A stretch of DNA of 18,907 nt, from positions 1-18,907 of the forward strand of contig JADGIF010000116.1 of assembly GCA_018985225.1 (NCBI GenBank). Reading direction: 5' to 3'. A model generated the notes under the pieces. It made no database searches and was not told the DNA's origin. It was given only the letters and a program-made list of their open reading frames with translations. This DNA comes from Amoeboradix gromovi X-113. Taxonomy: Eukaryota; Fungi; Sanchytriomycota. Position 1 is the first letter of the stretch, and every line of letters begins with the position of its first letter. Position numbers and translations under genes: made by a program. This document shows positions 10,370-18,907 of this stretch, in pieces.

Positions 10370-10464
10370 TTACAACTTGTGGCTTGAAAATTAGACAAAT
10401 TTTTATACACAACCTCATTAAACCAGGTACATAAGGCTATGATTTTATTTAAGCTAAAGCAATC

Positions 10465-10900
10465 TGCTCTATCTTTTGGAGTTAAAGAAGTTTGCAGTAA
10501 AGTGCCTTATTGTTTAAAAGTAGAGCAAATATTTCCCACAGTGAAAGTAGAGAACCAGTCGATTCATTACGTCGACAACTGGCGTCATTGAAGCCTTGAA
10601 TAGCAGACTAATAGAAATGCATTTATTTCAAGAATTTATTACTTGTTGCCAAAACTGTCTCTATCTATATTCCAAATTAAGACTGTACACAACTGTTTCG
10701 CCAAATTTGGTTTCCTCAGAAGCTCACGTCCTGTATTGACTAGCATATATTTTGTTCCGTTCCGCCAATGACTTTCCCTTATTTCTGGACAATCATTCAT
10801 TTTTAGACCCTTTCTGAATGTAAAAGAGTTAGAACCTGTCACCTATTTATTCTTTAGATTTGAAGTATTCTAGCTGAGATGCTTTACATCCATTGGGCAT
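10465..10900 (-). mobile_element. Old, degenerate IS607/Fanzor2 relative, copy F (ends approximate)
   Basis: Minus strand shows EYFKSKE (cf. EYVKSKEI), KGKSLAERNKIYASQ (cf. RGKTVIECNESFTSQ) and CTV..NIDRD. These are followed by hairpin CCAGTTG...CGACTGG near 10555-10582. Confidence 0.6.
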
Positions 10901-10932
10901 AGATTAGAAAACAATACATCTTTTCACTCCGA

Positions 10933-11498
10933 CTCTTCGTTTAAAGTCCTGATTTCCGAGAAAATCGAGAATTTCCACAGAGAAGCTAGCAGTGCTAGAT
11001 GCTCCGTTACAGTGATTGCTCACGCTTTCACTACCCTGAGGCGGGATTGAATAGTGATGCAGATACTTGATTTATATATTCATTGCTTCCATATGATCTC
11101 TATCTATCTTCAAATGACACTATGTACAGGTTCAGGTTTCTAAATTAGTTTTCTTTAGAGTACCACACCTTGTACATGTCTGACTAGTAAATGCTTCAAT
11201 GCACTCAACCATCGTCTTTCCTCTTTGTTTACACTTGAACCTCAAGCGTTCCTTGAATAAATTGTGCAGGTATTGTTGTCTAGGCATTGAAAGACATCTA
11301 ATTCTTTCATGTTTGTACCAGTACTTCAGTGTTGATGAATGTATGCTGTACCTGCTAGTTATTTCTTTAGAATTGATTTACCATTTGCGAAAAGACTCTT
11401 GAGTATTTAAGCCATTAGAAAAATCTGGAAAAGTCTTGAAATGATACAAAAATGCATACAAATTCGCGATAAATGATATATTCAAGAAAACAATCGAG
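10933..11498 (-). mobile_element. Non-autonomous IS607/Fanzor2 element, copy C
   Basis: SKEITSRYSIHSSTLKYWYKHERIRCLSMP (IS607 TnpA-type HTH) runs in frame into HNLFKERLRFKCKQRGKTMVECIEAFTSQTCTRCG, then stops, then DRDHM. Right end ...GACTTTAAACGAAGAG. Confidence 0.9.
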
Positions 11499-11620
11499 CT
11501 GCAACTAATATCAGATCAAGCAAACCCCAATCAGCTTAAAATTCAATCTAACAGGATTACTCTGACAGCGTGATTGGTTAAATAGTTAATAACAGAAAAC
11601 AATTCGGGTAGAGCGAAAAG

Positions 11621-13189
11621 ATGAAATGGTTGCTGACATTAAACAGCACATGCTCCAACAACATTTTAGATGAGGTAACAAATTTATTAAGTTTTAAACC
11701 ATTTCTGCATTTATATCAAAATTTTCCAGTTGCAGAAGTAGATTTATCTGATCAGCACATGGATTTAGTTAAACACATACCATGCGTTATCCATTTTGAA
11801 AAACAAATAAAATTTAGAGCCTATGAGATGGAGTCCCCATCATCTTGGGTTTTAGATGCGTTAGACGGCACCGATTTAGATGACAGTTATTCATTTAATA
11901 GAACCGGTCAAGGCGTTACAGTCTACGTTATTGACTCCGGCATAGATGCCAGGCATCGTGAGTTTGATAATAGAGCTAATATGACCAAAGTAGTTTTTGA
12001 AGATGTTCCTGATTGTACTGGCCACGGCACTCATGTGGCTGGCTTAATTGGCGGTAGGAATGTGGGAGTAGCTAAACAAGTTAATATCCAATCTATTAAA
12101 GTAATAACTTGCAATGAAGATTCAGATTATTTCATCATTGTCCGCGCTTACGATGCCATAATCACTAATTTTAAGCAGAATGGTTTAAAGTCGGCTCTTG
12201 TCAACCTGTCACTAGGCCCTCATGCTGTTAATGGTACATTCCCAGTGTCTCATGGTCTAGAACAAGCTATTACTTCTGCATTTAATTTGAACATTTTAAC
12301 AGTTGCGGCCTCTGGAAATGATAATTTAAACGCTTGCTCAGGTACCCCGTCGCGATTAGATTCTGTTGTCACTGTAGGTGCTGTTGATGCTAATTTCCAG
12401 AAAGCAGAATTTTCCAATTTTGGTCCCTGTGTTAAAGTTTTTAGTCCTGGCACTAATTCTGTATCTGCCCAAGTTAATACTACTGATAAATATTTAGTTA
12501 AACAGGGTACTTCTCAAGCTGCTCCATTAGTTACAGGAGTTTTGGCTCTCATAATGCAAGATAATCCAAATGCTCTGATTCAAGAGGTTTATCAAATACT
12601 TCGAGAGCAATCCATTCAATTTAGCGGTAACGAGGGCAGCGTCCTAGTGCAGTCTTATATTCCCAATGATGATAAATCCAATAATATTCAGTTTGACTCG
12701 ATCGATTACCATTCTCTGGAGGATCCATTTGTATTTCCGACTTGGGCTATAATACTTATGGCTCTAGCCTTTGCTGTTATTGTAATATTAATTGCTTTCA
12801 AGTTAACCAAACACCCACCTCACATCTCTGCAAAATCACCAAAGACTGCTAAATCAATGAAAGCATTTATGAGATTGTTTAGGCGACACCCTGAATTAGT
12901 CAATAATGTTTCTATTCCCACCATTGATAAAATAGGTAAACGTGGTATGATTAGCAGTGATTTAATTACCGATGAAAAAAACAATGCAAAATACGTTTTC
13001 CTCGAGGATTCCAAGTTGCAATTGGATGCAGGTTTGACTCAACAAGTAACTTTTCAGTCTGGCCAATTCGTAGATGTTAAACCTCGCTCTGCTTCAGTTG
13101 CGCTTGATTCTAAGCCAAATTTCGAAGTTCAAAACAGGCCATACTCAGAGTTTACTGCAAAGACACCATTTGAATACATGAATCAATAA
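11621..13189 (+). CDS. S8 subtilisin/proteinase K-like serine protease with C-terminal TM helix
   Basis: Catalytic motifs VYVIDSG, HGTHVAG, AASGN and GTSQAAP; I9-like prodomain; TM WAIILMALAFAVIVILIAF. Confidence 0.92.
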   Translation: MKWLLTLNSTCSNNILDEVTNLLSFKPFLHLYQNFPVAEVDLSDQHMDLVKHIPCVIHFEKQIKFRAYEMESPSSWVLDALDGTDLDDSYSFNRTGQGVTVYVIDSGIDARHREFDNRANMTKVVFEDVPDCTGHGTHVAGLIGGRNVGVAKQVNIQSIKVITCNEDSDYFIIVRAYDAIITNFKQNGLKSALVNLSLGPHAVNGTFPVSHGLEQAITSAFNLNILTVAASGNDNLNACSGTPSRLDSVVTVGAVDANFQKAEFSNFGPCVKVFSPGTNSVSAQVNTTDKYLVKQGTSQAAPLVTGVLALIMQDNPNALIQEVYQILREQSIQFSGNEGSVLVQSYIPNDDKSNNIQFDSIDYHSLEDPFVFPTWAIILMALAFAVIVILIAFKLTKHPPHISAKSPKTAKSMKAFMRLFRRHPELVNNVSIPTIDKIGKRGMISSDLITDEKNNAKYVFLEDSKLQLDAGLTQQVTFQSGQFVDVKPRSASVALDSKPNFEVQNRPYSEFTAKTPFEYMNQ

Positions 13190-13680
13190 GGACTACCTTC
13201 ATTTATGCTAGTGAAGTATGGGTCTGTATTAAGCGAAAGTACATTCGGAATACCAGCACAGTGTTCATCAAGAGCTATTACCAATTTTGATAAATAAATT
13301 GATGTTTGTCATATCCAAGTGTTTTAAAAGTAAAGTCATCATCCAACAAAAGAGGAAATACATTTAATGTAATACAATGAAGCAATTACTAGTCAAAAAT
13401 GTTGAATATGTAGTACTCTGAAGATAATTAATCGAAGACGAATATTTAGAAACTGTTATCGTAAGTAGAGACACGACATGGCAACGCGGATCATATGCTT
13501 GAAGTATGCGCCCTTATCCAATTCTGCATCAAGTGAGTGGAAACGTGAGCCACCACTTCTGCAGGGAGTGCGGTCCACCAATCGTTGCTCTTCATTAAAA
13601 TCATCGGAATAATGTCGCAAGGAGACAGGTAAAAAAACACGAGATTTTGCTTGAAGATAGCAGATGTAAAACAACTGAAG

Positions 13681-14028
13681 ATGGTAAAAGTACACGAATT
13701 GAGAAAAGAGAATGATGAGAATTTACAAGAACAATTAAAATCATTGAAGAGAGATTTACTCAACTTGAGAACTCAACATAAATTGCAACAGCAATCCAAA
13801 AAATTCAAACAACTAAGTGGATTAAGAAAGGATATCGCAAGAGTATTGACTATTCTAAATGAACGAAGAACCGGTACGGTAGATCCTAAAGGATTAAAAA
13901 AGAAGGGAACAAAGGTTTTAGGTAAGAGAGTTAGAAAATTAAGACAAGAAGTTGTATTCACCAAAACCACAAAGCAGTGGAAAACCCAATTAAACTTTCC
14001 GTTAAGAAAGTTTGCATTAAAAGCCTAA
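13681..14028 (+). CDS. RPL35: 60S ribosomal protein L35 (uL29)
   Basis: MVKVHELRK...L..QL..LK.DL.NLR...RKDIARVLTILNE...FPLRKFALKA*. ATG 13681 is preferred over the TTG at 13651. Confidence 0.93.
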   Translation: MVKVHELRKENDENLQEQLKSLKRDLLNLRTQHKLQQQSKKFKQLSGLRKDIARVLTILNERRTGTVDPKGLKKKGTKVLGKRVRKLRQEVVFTKTTKQWKTQLNFPLRKFALKA

Positions 14029-14038
14029 GTAAATTTAT

Positions 14039-14353
14039 TTAATGGCAACAGTATTTTATTTTGATTAAAATTCGTCTTTCTGCTTCTCTTAGAGAGTCTA
14101 GGCATACATCAAATGATAATGCAATGTCTTTTAATAGTATTACGTTGTCCATGTGTACTTTTTGTTTGATCGAGAAACAAGCTAGAAAAACTAAGAAATT
14201 ATTTGGATATCCCATGTCCACCATTCTATGGTGAAGAGTAACAGACTCAACTACTATATACTTTGGAATCTCTAGCTTTCCTAAAAGATTAACAATTCTA
14301 CTTGAATTATTGAAGCAACTTGCTTTTGGAGTGTTTTCCTGTTCATATTTCAT
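14039..14353 (-). CDS. Small cyclin-box-like protein (PCL/Pho80-type pattern), 104 aa
   Basis: LVFLACFSIKQKVHMD...IA.......LREAERRILIKIKY resembles the cyclin-box pattern FLA.L.LA.K..D...L..MER..L..L.Y. Confidence 0.45.
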   Translation of the reverse strand: MKYEQENTPKASCFNNSSRIVNLLGKLEIPKYIVVESVTLHHRMVDMGYPNNFLVFLACFSIKQKVHMDNVILLKDIALSFDVCLDSLREAERRILIKIKYCCH

Positions 14354-14707
14354 TAAAATTAAGTGGTCTAGTCTTAGAGACTGCTGTCCTATTTGAGCAG
14401 GATATTACACCTGTTGTATGAAGTTTAGGTTACATTTAGGCGGATGTGCTACCATCAGAAACAGCTATCGAGTTTAATTGAATAAATTATTTATTGTGAT
14501 TTCACGTGCTATATTGTACCAGTATTCTCTTTCTAGACTTCTAACTGCATAATACCGGATAATTCTGTTAATCATCAACTGCGAATGGCTCCATATTGTG
14601 TATCCTGAATATGACAAGTCTAACAAAATCGCTAATAGAAACCAAGTATTCGCTACTATATCTTGAAACTTGTCCAAGTATGGAAAGATAAGACGAATTT
14701 TATGTCT

Positions 14708-15277
14708 CTCCTCGTTAAAAGTCCTGATTTCCAAGAAAATCGAGAATTTCCACAGAGAAACTAGCAATGCTAGATCTCCATTACAGTGATTGCTCACGCT
14801 TTCACTACTCATAGGCGGGATTGAATAAGGATGCAGATACTTGATGTATATGTTCCTTGCAGCCATATGGTCTCTATCTATTTCCAAATGACAATTTGTA
14901 CATGTGTATGTTTCTAAGTTGGTTTTCTTAAGATTTTCACACCTTGTACATGTCTGACTAGTAAATTATTCATTACATTCGATTACTGTCTTTCCTCTTG
15001 GTTTGCACTTGAACTTCAACCGTTCCTTGAATAAATTGTGCAGATATCACTGTCTAGGCGTTGAAAGACATCTAATTCTTCCATGTTTGGACCAGCTTAT
15101 CAGTCTGAGACGAATATATGCTGTACCTGTTAATTATTTATTTCAAATTGATTTACCGTTTGCGAAAAGGAAGAATATCGAGTGTTTAAGCTATTAGAAA
15201 AATCTGGAAAAGTGTTGAAATGATACAAAAATATATACAAATTCGCGATAAATGATTTATTCAAGAAAATAGTCAAG
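14708..15277 (-). mobile_element. Non-autonomous IS607/Fanzor2 element, copy D
   Basis: FKERLKFKCKPRGKTVIECNE*FTSQTCTRC...CTNCHLEIDRDHMAARNIYIKYL; same left and right ends as copy A. Confidence 0.9.
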
Positions 15278-15605
15278 CTGTTTTTTGGGGAGCAAATATG
15301 GCAAAGAATCGTACTACTAGAAATATCTTTAAGATGAAATCCACAGAGACAAGTATGGTTCTTGCATCGAGGAAGCCTGTGTATATGCGTAATGCAGTCT
15401 TGTTTTATTTGCTTAGAAGCATTTTATATAAGTGTTAAAAAATCGAGAAAATAAGCATGAATTAGGAACCTCAGCAGATGGATGTGAACGCAACTGCCAC
15501 ACGGTTCATAGATACAGTACTGAATTATCAACTTCTACAAAGTATCCTCATTCCAAGTAGGAGGAACGCCTAGAACTCACACTAGATTTTCCATTATCAT
15601 TAATT

Positions 15606-15980
15606 CATCATACCCAACACAAAAAAGAAAGAAAAAGACATTGGAAAAGAGCAAAAAAAGATGACAATGCAGTACTAGAAAGACAGACAATAAGTCAAAT
15701 TACCACATCTAAAACAAGTTAAACTACAGTTAAGAGAATACGTACTGGTATATCATCACACTCAAGCACAATCCATTTTATCAGTCGGTATTTGAAAGCA
15801 CAAAAAACATCTCACGACTTCCTAATTGCCCAAGGCTTCTTAATTGATATTGAAACATATTTCTTTCAACCCAAAGATACTGGAATGAAAATTAATACGA
15901 AATTGAGAAAAGAAACATTGAAAGGAAAAAAGAGGTGCAACGTATTGGTGTTCTGGGGTGATGGACAATTTGGACATACG
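15606..15980 (+). pseudogene. Probable Fanzor1 nuclease relic (helical region up to the pre-RuvC-II GDG motif)
   Basis: ...KK.DNAVLERQTISQITTSKTS*...RYLKAQK...NVLVFWGDGQFGHT resembles the Fanzor1 pattern E..lS...sKT...Y...Qk...vv.fGdg.f; cut off by the MITE at 15996. Confidence 0.45.
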
Positions 15981-15995
15981 GGGATGTTGTATTAA

Positions 15996-16308
15996 CATAT
16001 GGGACATCAAATATAAAAACTAGACTAACTTTCTAAAATAGTTTGACTCATTATATCAAGTGTGTATTAGCCGATAGTAAATTAAATTAAATTAAATTAA
16101 TCAGATTGCTTGCACTTTTGCTTAGACACTCAAAGACCTTATTTGAAAGAGATAGTGGGTTGTCTTGTTTTATTTTAAAGAGGGAATGACATTAATGAAA
16201 GAAAATTGGTTTGAAAGAAGGACTTTTATTAATATTAGTATTTCCTCCTTATGGAGCACCTCCTTTAAAGACGGCTTGGTCTAGTTTTTATATTTGGTGT
16301 CCCATAGG
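15996..16308. mobile_element. MITE, copy 2 (313 bp)
   Basis: TIRs TATGGGACATCAAATATAAAAACTAGAC / GTCTAGTTTTTATATTTGGTGTCCCATA (one mismatch); internal (TTAAA)n run near 16080-16100. Confidence 0.9.
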
Positions 16309-16392
16309 AATTCTGGCATCTTCATTTCATCAGATGCGAAGAACACCAAGACAGAGTATGAAAATGGTTATCGGTTGAGTCATCTATAAGCA

Positions 16393-16472
16393 GGTAGCGA
16401 CAATATAGTAGCAAGGAATATACACTCGTATGTGTTCTTTTTAATTTCACCTCAAGTAGGAAGCATGTGCAG
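16393..16472 (+). mobile_element. Degenerate Fanzor2 tail/omegaRNA 5' stub, copy G
   Basis: GSDNIVARNI (cf. DRDHMAARNI), then ...CACCTCAAGTAGGAAGCATGTGCA aligning to ...CGCCTCAGGGTAGTGAAAGCGTGAGCA. Confidence 0.5.
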
Positions 16473-16722
16473 GTATTGAGTTTTCTTAAACAAGTCATTT
16501 ATCAAGAATTTGTATGTATTGCATACAATTGCATGATTTCCAGATTTATCTAATAGCTCAAATACTCGAATTTCTTCATTTCGCAAATGATAAATGGAAT
16601 CAATTGATGTAATCCCGAATATGTCAAATCTAAAGAAATAACTAACAGGTACAGCATACATTCATCAACGCTGAGGAACTTGTCCAAACATGGAAGAATT
16701 AGATGTCTTTCAATCCCTAGAA
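16473..16722 (+). mobile_element. IS607 left end plus TnpA N-terminal HTH fragment, copy E (3' truncated)
   Basis: Homologous to the left ends of A, C and D; encodes EYVKSKEITNRYSIHSSTLRNLSKHGRIRCLSIP; preceded by TGCAG. Confidence 0.8.
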
Positions 16723-16742
16723 AGAAATGAGCGATAAATAAA

Positions 16743-16963
16743 CTTGTCAACTATTTATTTAATAATTCTTGTCATTGGTCTTACCTAATATGCGACAATA
16801 GAGATCAAATGGCAGCAAGGAATATATACAAGTATATGTATCCCTATTCAATCCCGCCTCAGGGTAGTGAAAGCTTGAGCAATCACTGTAACGGAGCATC
16901 TAGCATTACTAGTCTCTGTGGAAATTCTTAATTTTCTCGGAAATCAGGACTTTTAACGAGGAG
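16743..16963 (+). mobile_element. Mini IS607/Fanzor2 element, copy E' (~221 bp)
   Basis: Left-end-like CTTGTCAACTATTTATTTAATAATTC, RDQMAARNI remnant and a tail ending GGACTTTTAACGAGGAG; colinear with copy B. Confidence 0.85.
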
Positions 16964-17173
16964 TTGAACCTATCTGAATTTACAATCGATAGAAATTGTT
17001 AAACTTGGTGTTACGAACATTCTGCAAGATCAGATCTATGTATCACAAAAAGAAGATATCAATTATACAGCTGGGGAATAAAATTTTCAAGTACTTATTT
17101 ATTTGGCATTAAGTTTCGGCAGCTTTTCTTGTTTTTGGGTCTGAAGAGAATCCAAAGTCAAGTAGGGCAGTTT

Positions 17174-18163
17174 CTAAATTAAAAAGGTAAATACTGGGCC
17201 GGGATGCGAATCTGTGGTACTTGTCAATTCTTTCTTCTTAGTCGGGGTATTATATGAAATCAAAAACGAGTGTTTTAACAAAGTAGAGGCAGATGCTCGA
17301 TTAACTGGACTATATACTAGAGTATCTTCCAAAAATTTAATGCAAGCCTCAGAGGGTCTAACTAAAAATAGACGTCGTATACCTTGGCCCGTACTCTTCG
17401 GAAATGTAAAAGGTAGAGTAAGATATTTGTTTCTTGTTATTTCTGAAAGATCTTTATCTGTAGGAGATCCTATCGCCTTGTGAATCAGTAAAATTTGCTC
17501 AACCGCATTTTTACCAGGGAACAATGGTTTTTTGGTTAGCATCTCATAAAATATACACGCACATCCCCAGATGTCCATTTTGTCGTCATAAAGTCCAGAC
17601 GTAAGCAGGTTTTCTGGTGACCTGTACCATCGTGTTGCGATATAGGCGGTAAGTGGTCGCTTTTCGGTTTCGAACTCAGAGCAGCTGCCTAGATCTGCTA
17701 TCTTTATGATAGTTGCGGATTCATTTAGCAGTATATTCTCCGGTTTAACGTCTCTGTGAAAATATCCTTTGGAATTCATGTACTCCAAGCCTTTCAAAAC
17801 ATTGAAAATTATGTACTTAGCAGTATCCTCTGTTATATATCGATTGGACAAGCTTAAATAATCATAAAGGTTCATTTGCATTAGTTCCATGTCAATACAA
17901 AACATTGATGTAGTTGGATCATAAATAAATCTATGTGCTTTAATTATGTTTGGATGGTCACCTAGTACTCTAAATACTTGTACTTCGCGAAGGTAATCAA
18001 CTTCTAAAATAGATTTCAACTTTTTCTTGAATACTTTTATAGCAGCCGCGTTATCGTCAGATAATCTCTTAGACTTGACTACTTTACTAAATGTTCCTTC
18101 TCCAACTATTTTACTCAATATATAATGATTTTTGACAGAATCAATAGTCAGCGGAATTGACAT
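17174..18163 (-). CDS. MOK: MOK/RAGE (LF4-like) CMGC Ser/Thr kinase
   Basis: GEGTFSKV, AIK, LREVQ..R.L..HPNII, HRDVKPENIL, DLGSC, TAYIATRWYRSPENLLTSGLYDDKMDIW and PLFPG.N..QI..IH match MOK-type signatures. Confidence 0.85.
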   Translation of the reverse strand: MSIPLTIDSVKNHYILSKIVGEGTFSKVVKSKRLSDDNAAAIKVFKKKLKSILEVDYLREVQVFRVLGDHPNIIKAHRFIYDPTTSMFCIDMELMQMNLYDYLSLSNRYITEDTAKYIIFNVLKGLEYMNSKGYFHRDVKPENILLNESATIIKIADLGSCSEFETEKRPLTAYIATRWYRSPENLLTSGLYDDKMDIWGCACIFYEMLTKKPLFPGKNAVEQILLIHKAIGSPTDKDLSEITRNKYLTLPFTFPKSTGQGIRRLFLVRPSEACIKFLEDTLVYSPVNRASASTLLKHSFLISYNTPTKKKELTSTTDSHPGPVFTFLI

Positions 18164-18758
18164 AAATTACCCACTATTAACAAAATCTTTGAAACAATTA
18201 ATTCTTGGCCAAAATTATGGATAAATTTAAATTGTATTTTAAGTGCTATATTAGCCAATGCAAGTGTAGGCATATTGACAGCATATTCCGATGAGATAGG
18301 CTTCTTATCACTGCTAGCAGAATTACTAGAAGCAGAACCAATGGCATAGGTTATGTCAAACTTGGATCTCCGCAAAGAGATCCTCTTATTTGCGAGTCTC
18401 ATAAATTGAACAAAGTGAGGTTCTTGAAAGACACATCAATGCTATATCTCAAAACTTATCGCGGCCACAACCATTGCAGACATTGGAAGTGGTCATTTGG
18501 GAATAGAAAGTGATCATATTACAAAAGGCAAATTCGCTCTGCCATGAATTATATCCAGCGATAATTATGCAGCTAATCTGATTGCGCCGAATCAACTACA
18601 GGGCCAGTTCAAATATGGAACTTAAAAACTAGACCGATTTTTTAGAACAAAAGTCTCATAACTTCAATAACAATAAATATATTAAAAGTGTTTATTACGA
18701 CGCAAGAGAATGCTGAGCTGTATAACTAGTTAATCATTAGTATCTCCATGATAATCTA

Positions 18759-18822
18759 CATATGGGACATCAAATATAAAAACTGGACTAACTTTCTGTA
18801 ACAACTTGGAACATTATTTCAG
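18759..18822. mobile_element. MITE, copy 3 (left terminus only)
   Basis: TA|CATATGGGACATCAAATATAAAAACTGGACTAACTTTCT; similarity fades after ~60 bp. Confidence 0.75.
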
Positions 18823-18907
18823 CTTTATTAATTTTATGGATTCAAGAGGCGAGTGGACATTCAGCTAGTTGCGGAGTTGACGAGTATAAAAGGAAAATAA
18901 ACATTCT

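Noticed and set aside
13651-13680. N-terminal extension of RPL35 in the ORF track
   Set aside because: It starts at TTG; ATG 13681 gives the normal L35 N-terminus.
3914-16963. CRISPR-like repeat-spacer array
   Set aside because: The repeats are dispersed, occur on both strands and have transposon left ends; there is no tandem periodicity or cas gene.
18148-18402. 84-aa ORF overlapping the kinase start, plus short ORFs antisense to the main genes (6564, 6993, 8794, 9728, 12250, 12820, 13773, 17214)
   Set aside because: No recognisable motifs; most are shadows of real genes.

Overview
AT-rich, compact, intron-poor eukaryotic DNA in the standard genetic code. It is probably from a flagellated early-diverging fungus or a similar protist; this is inferred from a cilium-associated MOK kinase and divergent RPL35 and POP4. 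Host genes: a hypothetical 110-aa ORF, POP4/Rpp29, a Ser-rich 492-aa protein, a PA14/fibro-slime surface protein, a membrane-anchored S8 subtilisin, RPL35, a small cyclin-box-like protein and a MOK kinase. Two things stand out. (1) The intergenic spaces hold about 8 non-autonomous copies of an IS607/Fanzor2-type (eukaryotic TnpB) element. They come as ~570-bp deletion derivatives (TnpA HTH joined to the Fanzor RuvC/Zn-finger tail) and ~220-bp minis. The five copies with intact right ends keep a structured putative omegaRNA ending in ...TTAACGAGGAG (C: ...TAAACGAAGAG), each followed by a different flank (potential guide), and they insert after (TG)CAG/AG. (2) The PA14 gene continues past the annotated stop, through a probable 20-nt intron or a 1-nt frameshift, into a TM helix and a beta-integrin-like tail with two NPxY motifs. 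Also present: a TIR MITE family, a likely Fanzor1 relic, a KilA-N-like pseudogene and decayed ORFs. All assignments come from reading motifs by eye; no searches were run.
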